Of a stretch of DNA of 64,000 nucleotides, positions 1 through 10,672 are shown in pieces. A program made the position numbers and the translations under genes. The notes beneath the pieces are model-generated. The model worked only from the letters and a program-made list of their open reading frames with translations. It was not told where the DNA came from and made no database searches. The stretch comes from Octopus sinensis. Taxonomy: Eukaryota. Where the stretch lies: positions 1,876-65,875 of the forward strand of contig NW_021824846.1 in NCBI RefSeq assembly GCF_006345805.1, given 5' to 3'. Position 1 is the first letter of the stretch. Each line of letters begins with the position of its first letter.

Positions 1-43
<43 letters not shown>

Positions 44-133
44 CATATATTTATAATATATATATAATTATTATATATATATCATTATGCATATATTTAT
101 TTATATATATATATATATTATATAATATAATAT
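1..133. repeat. (TA)n microsatellite, imperfect
   Basis: Direct reading. Confidence 0.95.
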
Positions 134-280
134 GGATGGTTGTATACTGTCATCTAACACGAACGTGACAGTAGGGGGTACACCACCGCTGTTTAGCCCT
201 GATGGCTTTGACACATTTTTCCTGTGTCCTTATATACATTTACGAAGGGGAGACAAATACCCCCAGCCGCCCGGGCTGCA

Positions 281-325
281 TCTAGGGACACGTGTTTCAG
301 GATGATTGTCCTTCGTCGGCCTAGA
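281..325 (-). ncRNA. Minimal type I hammerhead ribozyme, U4C core variant
   Basis: Minus strand reads TCTAGG-CCGACGA-AGGA caatca TCCT-GAAA-CACGTG-TC^CCTAGA: 6-bp stem I, 4-bp stem II, palindromic stem III ACACGTGT, GUC site (C17 = 287). Confidence 0.8.
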
Positions 326-672
326 GTAGCAGACACCGTTCAGCTGACGATTAAATCTTTATTATAGGCCCGATGGCCCGAATTAAGAGGGGACATTACA
401 AAACAGGACATGGGGTACATATAATAAAAAAATCGAAAAATATGAAGTGAAAATGAATTATTTATAATGAATTAAATGGAATGGCTTACGAGCCCCCAAA
501 ACTCGGAGTTTCATTTAAAATACAATTCTGCTATACTGGACGTTCATCTGTAATGTATTCTATTAACCTCTCCTGGTCTACGATCGCTGGCAAACTGTTG
601 TAACGGATATATTGTATTTCGCAAACTGTCGAAAACACACTTTTCAATTTCATCTACGACCGCCGACTTCAC

Positions 673-1856
673 TTATTCATCAAATATTTTTGGGTTCAAC
701 CTAACCCTGATTAAACCTTTCTTACCTGCCAGTCTCTTTTCGATTTCTTTGTCTTTCATATACAATATTACTGCTTTAAGATTTTTTCCTTCGGGTCTTC
801 CTCCTTCCTTACATACTTTTAACTGTTCTTCCACTCTTCTTTCCCATTCTTGCTCTGCCGTTAAATTTGCCGGTTCTGTCGCTTTCGCTTTTGCATTCTT
901 ATCTTCGCACGTTCGATCTTCCATCTCGTCTGTAGACTTATTTTTCGCTTTTTTCTTTTTTTGAACTTTAGGTGGTGATTCCACCCTCGCTCTCTTTCTA
1001 TCTTCTTTTCCTTCTGTTCTTTCCTTTTCTTTCTCCAAATCGTCACCACTTTCCACATTTTCTGTGTTCACACATTCTTCATCCGCCAATTGCAATATCG
1101 TCCGAGCATTTGCAAAATACTGTCCGAGCTTCCAATGTTCTCATCGGACACACATCTTTCATGTGGCCTCTAATTTTACATGTGTAGCACACTGGGGGTC
1201 TCCCCTCCACCACGACTCTGAGTCGTGTCTCGTCGGGGAACACCAACTCCTCGGGGATGTTATACAGGTCTGGCATGGTTATATGAACCAAAGCCTGCAC
1301 CGCATAACCCCACCACTGTACATCTTTTGACTTTTCCACTTTCAATATTTCAACGCTTTCTTTGCAGTTGAATACCACTGCTGCTAAGATTCTTTCCATG
1401 TTCAGCTCCGGTGAAATCTTACTGATTCGTATTCTTACTGCCCTTTTTCCACAATAACTTGGTAATAACATCCATTTTTCTGTTTAAAGTATTTGCGTGG
1501 CACTCTTCTTCGCTTCGTCTTCGTTTTTAAAATGAAAGAACCACTGTTGCGTATTCTCTACCTCTATTATAGAAGGTAGGTTCTCCTTCAATTCCATTCA
1601 GACAGCACTCAATTTCCTCTATCGGTGCCACTTCTATTTTGTTTGAAGCCACGTTCCACGTTCTGTATGTTATAATACGTTTTTCTGCTTCTTTCGTTTA
1701 TTTTTCAGGTGGTGTGACCCTCACGCAGTCACCTTCCTTCTTCAAGCTGTCGAAATATTTCTTCAAAATCTCCTTCTCGACGATAATTTCTTCCAACTGC
1801 AATTCGCTCGCAGCCAAGCCCTTGCCTGCTGCTCCCGCATACGTTTGGGTTTGCAT
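673..1856 (-). pseudogene. Gag-like / LINE ORF1-like nucleic-acid-binding protein with CCHC zinc knuckle, disrupted
   Basis: ORFs 1698-1964, 1079-1471 and 673-1095 join into one frame from ATG 1856 (MQTQTYAGAAG) through stops at ~1698 and ~1480 and frameshifts at ~1528 and ~1090. Manual translation of the gap gives ...TVVLSF/KNEDEAKKSATQIL*TEKWMLLPSYCGKRAVRIRISKI. CX2CX4HX4C knuckle CYTCKIRGHMKDVC, then a K/E-rich tail. Confidence 0.8.
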
Positions 1857-2058
1857 TTTCGAGAAAAATCTCAAAAAAATTTCCCACGCCGCAACCGCTT
1901 CCACCAACAAATTCGATCTCACAGCTGCGATACAACAATAACATAATAAAAATTTCCGACACAATAAAAAAAAAACCGGTGCGCTGACGATATCTGCCTC
2001 GACTCGTAATGTATATATCTAAATTTCAGTGAAGTCTATTCACTGATTATCAAAATAA

Positions 2059-2520
2059 GAAATACTAAATTCCTAAATCTCTCGTTGAGACTGTACGGTG
2101 GTGGGGCGATAGAATGGTTGTATACTGTCAATCTAACAAGAACGTGACAGTAGGGGGTACACCACCGCTGTATAGCCCTAGCAAGGGTCGAACGCCTCCT
2201 GATGGCTTTGACACATTTTTCCTGTGTCCTTATATACATTTACGAAGGGGAGACAAAGGCCGACGAAGGACAATCATTCTGAAATACGTGTCCCTAGATG
2301 CAGCCCGAGCGGCTGGGGGTATTTGTCTCCCCTTTGTAAATGTATATAAGGACACAGGAATAATGTGTCAAAGCCATCAGGAGGCGTCGATGCTTCCTAA
2401 AGCTAAACAGCGGTGGTGTACCCCCTACTGTCACGTTCGTGTTAGATTGACAGTATACGACCATTCTATCGCCCCCACCACCGTACATGTCACTACGAGA
2501 GATTTAGAATTTAGTATTTC
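2059..2520. repeat. Tail-to-tail inverted repeat (arms ~2059-2257 and ~2321-2520)
   Basis: The right arm is the reverse complement of the left with scattered mismatches. The spacer 2258-2320 is the reverse complement of 258-321. Confidence 0.9.
2258..2298 (+). ncRNA. Second copy of the U4C hammerhead, stem I truncated by the inversion junction
   Basis: GG-CCGACGA-AGGA caatca TTCT-GAAA-TACGTG-TC^CCTAGA. The two substitutions versus copy 1 give G.U pairs. Only 2 bp of stem I remain. Confidence 0.65.
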
Positions 2521-2521
2521 T

Positions 2522-2554
2522 GATATATATATATGATTATATATATATTTATAG

Positions 2555-2586
<32 letters not shown>

Positions 2587-2596
2587 TATATATATA

Positions 2597-2681
<85 letters not shown>

Positions 2682-2684
2682 ATT

Positions 2685-2723
<39 letters not shown>

Positions 2724-2791
2724 ATAATTATATTATATATTATATATATATATTTTATATATATATCTATATATATATATATATATATTAT

Positions 2792-2825
<34 letters not shown>

Positions 2826-2838
2826 ATATATATATATT

Positions 2839-2869
<31 letters not shown>

Positions 2870-2955
2870 GTATATATATATAATTATATATATATATATA
2901 AAATTATGTATATATTTATATATATATGATTATATATATATTTATAGATATACAT

Positions 2956-3020
<65 letters not shown>
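2522..3020. repeat. Long imperfect (TA)n microsatellite
   Basis: Direct reading. Confidence 0.95.
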
Positions 3021-3024
<4 letters not shown>

Positions 3025-3670
3025 TGAAATGCGTTGGATCGCTTTCAAGGATTGACTCCAAAATTTACAGGGCCATGTAAAATGAGGTGACGATGCCCGT
3101 GGGCTACGTTAGAAATCCTTATCTTAAAAGTTGTCGTTTCTAGTGCCAAAAACCCACTTTGACAAGTCCACTCCCATTCTTTTACGTATCCGTCTTCCTC
3201 ACTCACGCTATTAGCTCCATTCCCCTCTAACTCCCCTTCACTTTCCCTTTATAAGTTCGTCAAACGGCGTTCTTTATCTCGCTGTCTGCATTCATAGAGA
3301 GAATTATCATCGCCACCAACAACACACAATCATGAGAACAAATATTATGAATCAGATATTTCTTGCGTTCATTTATATGTGTGTGTGTGTGTGTTCTATA
3401 TATAAATATGTATATATAATGTATATATACAAAGTGTATATATCTGTATTTATGTATATTAAACTTTTTAATACTTTTTGAGAGTTATATATATTTTTAA
3501 ACAAATTATAAATATAATTTAATAATTTTTATTTTAAATTTAAATCATTTAAATTTTTCAATTTTATATTTTATATATTTTCTATATTATATTTTTATTT
3601 TTATGTTTTTGTTTTTGGTCTTTCACTGTTTGATTTGCCTATTAGTGGTTTTATCTCTAATTTAATTTAT
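3015..3670 (+). mobile_element. 5' fragment of a non-autonomous Helitron-like repeat family
   Basis: Shares GGATTGACTCCAAAATTTACAGGG.CATGTAAAATGAGGTGA...CACTTTGACAAGTC with 7290-7430, and CATCGCCACCA..ACAATCATGAGAA with 4530-4560 and 7720-7755. Confidence 0.5.
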
Positions 3671-3713
3671 ACATATATATATATAATTTGTATACATTTG
3701 TATATATAATGCG

Positions 3714-3835
<122 letters not shown>

Positions 3836-4049
3836 GTGTGCATTATGTGGTCGGTCAGTTCAGCTGAAAATATGCACACCTATGATAAAAGTGCTGGCAA
3901 GTTTGCATGACAACTATTTTTTTCCTCAATTGAAAGGCGTGACCTCTAGGACAAAATTCATCATCTTATAAAATGTGGCCCCAGTAGACCCGAATGAAAT
4001 CGGGTTATATTCTGTTATATTCTGATATAGTCTGGCACACGTCGTTATA

Positions 4050-4300
4050 GAGAGTAAGGGAAGGGAGAAAAGGGAGAGAGCTGGAGGAAGACAAGGATAT
4101 AAGAGAATGGGAGTAACGAAAATGACTTGCCAAAGTATGGGTTTTTTGCCCTAGTAACCACAGCTTTTAAGATTGGGATTTCTAGCCTAGCCCACTCATA
4201 TCCTCACCTCATTTCACATGTCCCTGTAAATTTCAGAGCGAATCCGACGGGATCTAGTACCTAAACCAGACAAACAAGCTTTTTGCATTTCACATTTATA
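4050..4300 (-). mobile_element. Inverted 5' fragment of the same Helitron-like family
   Basis: Its reverse complement reads GAAATGCAAAAAGCTTGTTTGTCTGG...CTAGATCCCGTCGGATT...AAATTTACAGGGACATG, matching 7235-7330. Confidence 0.55.
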
Positions 4301-4310
4301 GATATTGGTA

Positions 4311-4359
<49 letters not shown>

Positions 4360-4389
4360 TATATATATATATATAATATATATATATTA

Positions 4390-4442
<53 letters not shown>

Positions 4443-4477
4443 TATATATATATATAATATATATATATATATATACA

Positions 4478-4845
4478 TATATTATAATTCTGAAATGCGA
4501 AAAGTTCGTTTGTTTGTTTGTCTGAGTTTGGCATCGCCACCACCACCACACAATCATGAGAACAAATATTATGAATCAGATATTTATTGGGTTAATTTAT
4601 ATATGTGTGTGTGTGTTCTATATATAAATATGTATATTAAACTTTTTAATACTTTTTGATAGTTATATATACTTTTTTTTAAAATTATAAATATAAATTA
4701 ATAATTTTAATTTTGAATTTAAATCATTTAAATTTTTAAATTTTATATTTTATATATTTTGTATATTATATTTTTATTTTTATGCTTTTGTTTATGTTTT
4801 TCACTGATTTGCCTAATAGTGGTTTTATCTCTAATTTAATTTATA
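4478..4845 (+). mobile_element. Internally deleted copy of the same Helitron-like family
   Basis: Starts TATATTATAATTCTGAAATGCGAAAAG as at 7223, then jumps to the CATCGCCACC block. The AT-rich tail duplicates ~3450-3670. Confidence 0.55.
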
Positions 4846-5050
4846 TATATATAGATATATATATATATATATATATACATACAAAATTAGAAAATGGAGA
4901 AACATACTTAAATCAATCAAACATCAACCATCAGATAATACCCAATCAATACTTTATTACACCATTACATAACAGCAAAGACATTATACAAAATATATAG
5001 TAAATATAATTAGACAAGGAAAAAGAAATATAAAATACAAATACATCATA

Positions 5051-5161
5051 TCTGACAGCTGTTTCGGCCGTGAGGACAAGTATGCCTCATTTAACCTATA
5101 AGCCATATAAGGCAGGTATAAATGAGACATTAACAAGGATGTCCCACGGCCTCTTCAGAGA
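5051..5161 (-). ncRNA. Type I hammerhead ribozyme with long stem II
   Basis: Minus strand reads TCT-CTGAAGA-GGCCGTGGGACA...TGTCCTCACGGCC-GAAA-CAGCTG-TC^AGA. Canonical core, palindromic stem III ACAGCTGT, extended inner stem TGTCTCATTTA/TAAATGAGGCA, C17 = 5054. Confidence 0.85.
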
Positions 5162-5487
5162 ATTTAATTTAATATAAGTGTGAAAAAAATTTTACATATA
5201 AATATAAAAATATAAAAATGTGTGCATAGACACTCATAATACTACACATATATATATACACATTAATACAATAATACAAAATAAACAAAATATATCAATA
5301 TACATTAACAAACACAGTTATTTTACATATTGGACCCCTAGTTCCATAACTAACATCAAGGAAAATATATGCACACTCACATTTAAATTTAAATCAGACA
5401 TATATACATAAAAAAATAATAATAATAAAACACACAGTTCAGTTCATAAAATTATAACCCTACAAAAGTCCATAAAAATTAATACTA

Positions 5488-5614
<127 letters not shown>

Positions 5615-6142
5615 CAACCATGACTGTACCATGTACATCAAACAGACATCTACATATCAATAAGTCTAATTCCTCTGTCCGCTTGATATTGATTATTCTA
5701 GATTGATTCGATTGGCTTATAGTTTTAAATTTGAATCACAATAAATGCCTGCAAAAACCCATATACTCAACCAAAACAAACAAAATCCAATATAGACTCT
5801 CATTTATTACATATTAGTATTACAGTATCTAAAACCAGGTATCTAACTATGATACTCATACACACTCTGTAATTTTAGAAAACTCCAAGAATATCATATT
5901 ACTGTGTATATACCAAAATGAATATATTCTTTCTTGCCGCAGTGTATTTCCCTTATAAACCAGGACAAAAAAACACAAACAAAAAACAATTAATACAGGA
6001 CATATATATTTATATACATGTGTAGCTACAAAATTATATAAAATTATAAATTTATAAGTTGCATGTTTTAAAATTGTAGAAGACTACTAGTATAATAAGA
6101 TACAGAAGGGAGTTAAAATATTACTAGTAGAAAAGCTAAGTT

Positions 6143-6556
6143 CTATTTAAATCTAGAGAAAGTGTACGGTAGTTTGTGAATGCAAAAATTTTTTTTTTCA
6201 TTTATGTTATTAATAATAGGCCTACCCGCTTTGATAATGAAAAAAATGTCATTAATACATAGAGAGCATTTTTTATTTTTTCCATTATACACAGGTGCAG
6301 AAGTTAGTATTTTCCAATTTAATTTAAAATCTAATTTCTTACTTTTGAGTTCCCAAATGTATGCACTTAACCCCGTAGAGTAGATCCTATTTTTATTTCT
6401 AAAAGTATATCTATGATAATTAAGTCTCTGTTTCATGCTATTCATAGTTGCTCCGATGTATACCCTACTACTAAATTGTGTATCCACAGTGCATTGATAA
6501 ACTACCTCCTTCCTGAAGCATTGGTTACCAAACACACATTTATTTCTGTTTCTGCA
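6143..6556 (-). pseudogene. C-terminal GIY-YIG endonuclease domain of a Penelope-like element
   Basis: CRNRNKCVFGNQC (Cys linker), VVYQCTV, VYIGAT, KQRLNYH, LSAYIWELK, CSLC: the usual motif order of PLE GIY-YIG domains. RT absent (5' truncated). Confidence 0.85.
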
Positions 6557-6591
6557 CTACCATACACTTTCTCTAGATTTAAATAGAACTT

Positions 6592-7220
6592 TGTCCCTTT
6601 TAAATGTTAGTGTTTTGCTTTCTGCCTTGAAGCAGACCTTTCCGCTTTCACTGTCTGATATTTATGATTGATCTTTCAAACTATTTTCTTTCTCAACTTA
6701 CTCAAGATCTTTTGTTGTTTATAAATGAGACAGAGATATATAGAGAAAGATAGAGAGTAAGAGAAATCGAAGGAGAGTCCGAGAGAAAGGAAGAGTAAGA
6801 GAGTGGGAAAGGGAGAGAGAAAGGAGAGAGAAACAAAGAGGGAGAATCATCATCATCATCGTTTAACGTCCGTTTTCCGTGCTAGCACGGTTTGGACGGT
6901 TTGACCGGGGTCTGGGAAGCCAGGAGGCTGCACCAGGCTCCAGTCTGATCTTGCAGTTTTTCCACAGCTGGATGCCCTTCCTAACGCCAACCACTCCGTG
7001 ATTGTATTGGTTGCTTTTTTCGTGCCGCCGGCACAGGTGCCACGGGGGAGGGGCGCTGGCAGCGGCCAAGATCGGTTGGTGCTTTTTACGTGCCACCGGC
7101 ACGTCAAGGCGGCATTGCCATCGGCCACTTTCGGATGGTGCTTTTTACGTGCCGAAAGGAAGCAACAGAAGGTAACAACCACACTCTTACTCGCACGTAG
7201 AGCGGGTCACCTGAAGCTAG
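6592..7220 (+). mobile_element. 3' half of a Helitron-like element
   Basis: Near-duplicate of 8409-9036. Ends with hairpin ACTCGC/GCGGGT (7189-7207), then CTAG (7217-7220) followed by T. Confidence 0.6.
6846..7185 (-). mobile_element. SINE / RTE-type 3' tail ending in (GAT)n, inside the Helitron-like unit
   Basis: Minus strand contains GGCGTTAGGAAGGGCATCCAGCTG and ends GGACGTTAAACGATGATGATGAT. Family assigned from recollection of RTE-type tails. Confidence 0.55.
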
Positions 7221-9036
7221 TATATATTATAATTCTGAAATGCGAAAAGTTTGTTTGTCTGGTTTTGGCATTGAGAACAGGTTAAAGGGCACTAGATCCC
7301 GTCGGATTGACTCCAAAATTTACAGGGGCATGTAAAATGAGGTGAGGACGCGAGTTGGCTAGGTTAGAAATCCCCATCTTAAAAGGTGTCGTTGCTAGGG
7401 CTAAAAATGCACTTTGACAAGTCTACTCACAAGTCTATTCTTTTATGTATCTGTCCTCCTCCATCACTCACTCTCTTTCCTCCCTTCCATCACATTCTAT
7501 CTATAACGTCGTTTCACAGCGTCTATTATCTTTCCCTCGCCGCCATCGCATTCTATTGTCTGCCTGTCTTCCTCCATCTCACTCTCTCTCTCCTCCATTC
7601 CTTTCACTTTCTCTCTATAACGTCATTTGATAGCGTCTACTATCTTTCCTTCGCCAGCGCTGTCACTCTCTCTCTCTCTCTCTCTCTCTACGTCTGTCTG
7701 CATTCATAAAGAGAATTATCATCGCCACCACCACCACCACCACACAATCATGAGAATCTTTCTCTTAAAACAAATCATTTTTAGGTTTCAAAATATTTCA
7801 TTTTTCAGTCCTCTCTTTCATATATCACCTTTTCTTCCTCGATCTCTCTTTTCCCCTTCTCTCCATTTTCTCTCTATATATAACGACGTTTGGCACCTCC
7901 ACCGTCTCTCTTTCTTCTGCAGCGCGTCTCTCAATAACAGCCGCAAAAGTTTAACTATTCCTACCACAGGTCTTTCAGAAAGGTAACAGATATTATTTAT
8001 TTTTGCGTGGATAAAAAGAATTTATTTGTATGCTCAAGCCGACCGTCGTTAACAAAAATTTTTCTGTAAATTTGAAAAATTTTCCAGTTTTTTAATATTT
8101 AGGAATTCTCTGTTACATCAAGCTAAAAATTTGCGCCAGCCTTTCAAATCGTCAATGTGTTGCCGTCCATGATGAAGATGCTTTGAATGCTTGCCATGGT
8201 GAGTCTACTGTCGTGAGAAGAATCACTTCAAAACTTGGTGTTTAGGAATTTTCGTTTACATCAAGTTCAAAATTTTACGCCAGCCATTAAACTGCAACTA
8301 CGTTGCTGTCCGTCGTTAAGAAATGCTAGCCATGGTGACTCTACTATCTTCAGATTCCAATCCTTCAAACTTTAGCTTCCAATTTTTTTTTCAGCTTGCA
8401 AGTTCGTCTGTCCCTTTTAAATGTTAGTGTTTTGCTTTCTGCCTTGAAGCAGACCTTTCCGTTGTCACTGTCTGATATTTATGATTGATCTTCCAAACTA
8501 CTTTCTTTCTCAAATTACTCAAGATCTTTTGTTGTTTATAAATGGGACAGAGATAGATAGAGAAAGATAGAGAGTAAGAGAAAGCGAGGGAGAGTCCGAG
8601 AGAAAGGAAGAGTAAGAGAGTGTGGAAGAGAGAGAGAAAGGAGAGAGAAACAAAGAGGGAGAATCATCATCATCATCATCATCGTTTAACGTCCGTTTTC
8701 CGTACTAGCACGGTTTGGACGGTTTGACCGGGGTCTGGGAAGCCAGGAGGCTGCACCAGGCTCCAGTCTGATCTTGCAGTGTTTCTACAGCTGGATGCCC
8801 TTCCTAACGCCAACCACTCCGTGATTGTAGTGGGTGCTTTTTTCGTGTCACGGGGGAGGGGCGCTGGCATCGGCCACGATCGGTTGGTGCGTGTTACGTG
8901 CCACTGGCACAGAAGCCAGTCAAGGCGGCGCTGCCATCGGCCACGTTCGGATGATGCTTATTACGTGCCGAAAGGATGCAACAGAAAATAACAACCACAC
9001 TCTTACCTGCGGTTAGAGCGGGTCACCTTAAGCTAG
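7221..9036 (+). mobile_element. Non-autonomous Helitron-like element, apparently complete (~1.8 kb)
   Basis: The 5' end TATATATTATAATTCTGAAATGCGAAAAGTTTGTTTG is shared with other copies. The 3' end has hairpin ACCTGC/GCGGGT (9005-9023), CTAG (9033-9036), then T. No TSD seen. Confidence 0.6.
8663..9000 (-). mobile_element. Second copy of the SINE / RTE-type tail
   Basis: Near-duplicate of 6846-7185. Confidence 0.55.
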
Positions 9037-9049
9037 TATATATATATAT

Positions 9050-9878
9050 AAAATAAATATAAGAGAGTGGTCACTATATGGCTCACTCTAGCACCAGTTA
9101 ATCCAAAAGGTTTCAACCACAAAAATACATGTTTCCCATGAAAGTCAGTACGATTGTTAGCTCACACGGACAGGGCAAATAAAAAACAACAAAAATACAG
9201 ATTATTTTGGGACAATTGTTTCGCTATTAATGAATTAAATGTAATTTTACTTACAAAAAAATCCACTTGTAGCTCCTCAGCCAAAACTATCTGGATGAAA
9301 TCCACTCAATCACACGCCAGATTTTACCATAACGATAAATACGCGTGTGGTTCAATTGATTACATCCGACGTTATAATTCAAATGCCCCAACTAACAGCG
9401 CGCCAAACTTTCACGGAAAACAAATACAGCATTTAGAAATAAATGCAGCATAATTATAATTAATTAATAAGGGTGAGAGAATTAGATACTAATTTAATAG
9501 TATATCTATTCAACACCAAGTGGCCTAGTGCTCCGAGAACCTGGATTATTATAATATTTTATAATATATTATAATATTTTTACAAAATAAATATAAGAGA
9601 GTGGTCACTATATGGCTCACTCTAGCACCAGTTAATCCAAAAGGTTTCAACCACAAAAATACATGGGAAACATGTATTTTTGTGGTTGAAACCTTTTGGA
9701 TTAACTGGTGCTAGAGTGAGCCATATAGTGACCACTCTCTTATATTTATTTTGTAAAAATATTATAATATATTATAAAATATTATAATAATCCAGGTTTC
9801 TCGGAGCACTAGGCCACTTGGTGTTGAATAGATATACTATTAAATTAGTATCTAATTCTCTCACCCTTATTAATTAAT
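9050..9878 (-). mobile_element. Non-coding hammerhead element: 534-bp partial tandem plus inverted 5' copy (PLE pLTR / retrozyme-like)
   Basis: 9050-9131 repeats 9584-9665 (period 534). 9455-9878 is a near-perfect palindrome. A hammerhead lies within the monomer. Confidence 0.7.
9205..9286 (-). ncRNA. Type I hammerhead ribozyme
   Basis: Minus strand reads TTTTGG-CTGAGGA-GCTA...TAGC-GAAA-CAATTG-TC^CCAAAA. 6-bp stem I, canonical core, palindromic stem III ACAATTGT, C17 = 9211. Confidence 0.85.
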
Positions 9879-9907
9879 TATATATATATATATATATATA
9901 ATTACAT

Positions 9908-10286
9908 TGCGTGGTAAGTAGCTTGCTTACCAACCACATTGTTCCGAGTTCAGTCCCACTGCGTGGCACCTTGGGCAAGTGTCTTCTACTATAGCCTCGG
10001 GCCGACCAAAGCCTTGTGAGTGGATTTGGTAGACGGAAACTGAAAGAAGCCTGTTGTATATATGTATATATATATATATATATATATGTGCGTGTATTTT
10101 GTGTTTGTCCCCCTAGCATTGCTTGACAACCGATGCTGTTGTGTTTATGTCCCCGTCACTTAGCGGTTCAGCAAAAGTGACCGATAGAATAAGTACTGGG
10201 CTTACAAAGAATAAGATTAAAGGCGGTGCTCCAGCGTGGCTGCTGTCAAATGACTGAGACATGTAAATGAGTAAAAGAGTAAAGAG
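9908..10286 (+). mobile_element. tRNA-derived SINE (CORE-like centre; resembles octopus OK/OR SINEs), with internal (TA)n
   Basis: B-box-like GTTCCGAGTTCAGTCCC, CORE-like ACCTTGGGCAAGTGTCTT, 3' tail with repeated GAGTAAAA. Second partial copy at 16368-16496. Confidence 0.75.
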
Positions 10287-10335
10287 TATATATATAATTA
10301 CATATATATATATTTATATATATATAATTACATAC

Positions 10336-10382
<47 letters not shown>

Positions 10383-10413
10383 ATTTTAAATTTACAATTT
10401 TAAATATATATAT

Positions 10414-10469
<56 letters not shown>

Positions 10470-10672
10470 AAATTTTAAATTTAAAATGTTCTCTAACCGG
10501 TAAATTGACTGCTGCTACTTATTAGCTGCAGGGTAGTTTTCCGATCTCAGCACGCCAAAGTGAAGGCACTTGAAAGATACACATAAATATAATCGGTTGG
10601 ACTCTATGCATGCGAGACACCGGTCAAACGTTTTTGCATCTTGTCCTGCAAATTGTATTTCTATATGACAGA

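Larger units (their letters stand above)
134..2520 (-). mobile_element. Non-autonomous hammerhead-bearing retroelement with Penelope-like architecture (inverted copy + partial repeat + Gag-like ORF + repeat)
   Basis: The same ~200-260 bp repeat occurs at 134-325 and 2059-2257 (direct, period 1978 bp) and inverted at 2258-2520. It contains a hammerhead. The only coding content between the copies is a decayed CCHC ORF. The PLE assignment is inferred from architecture. Confidence 0.7.

Noticed and set aside
490-560. Minus-strand CAGATGA...GAAACTCCGAGT motif
   Set aside because: Altered core and no convincing stems I or II.
344-1990. Plus-strand CTGACGA at 344 and 1984 as further hammerhead cores
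   Set aside because: No paired stem II followed by GAAA and no stem I partner.
2036-2536. ORFs over the inverted repeat (2036-2239, 2114-2536, 2294-2488)
   Set aside because: They span the inversion junction and repeat arms and show no recognisable domain.
9122-9150. GAAACATGTA (minus strand; also at ~9667 on plus) as a hammerhead 3' half
   Set aside because: The upstream sequence is CTGACTT, not CTGANGA, and stems I and II do not form.
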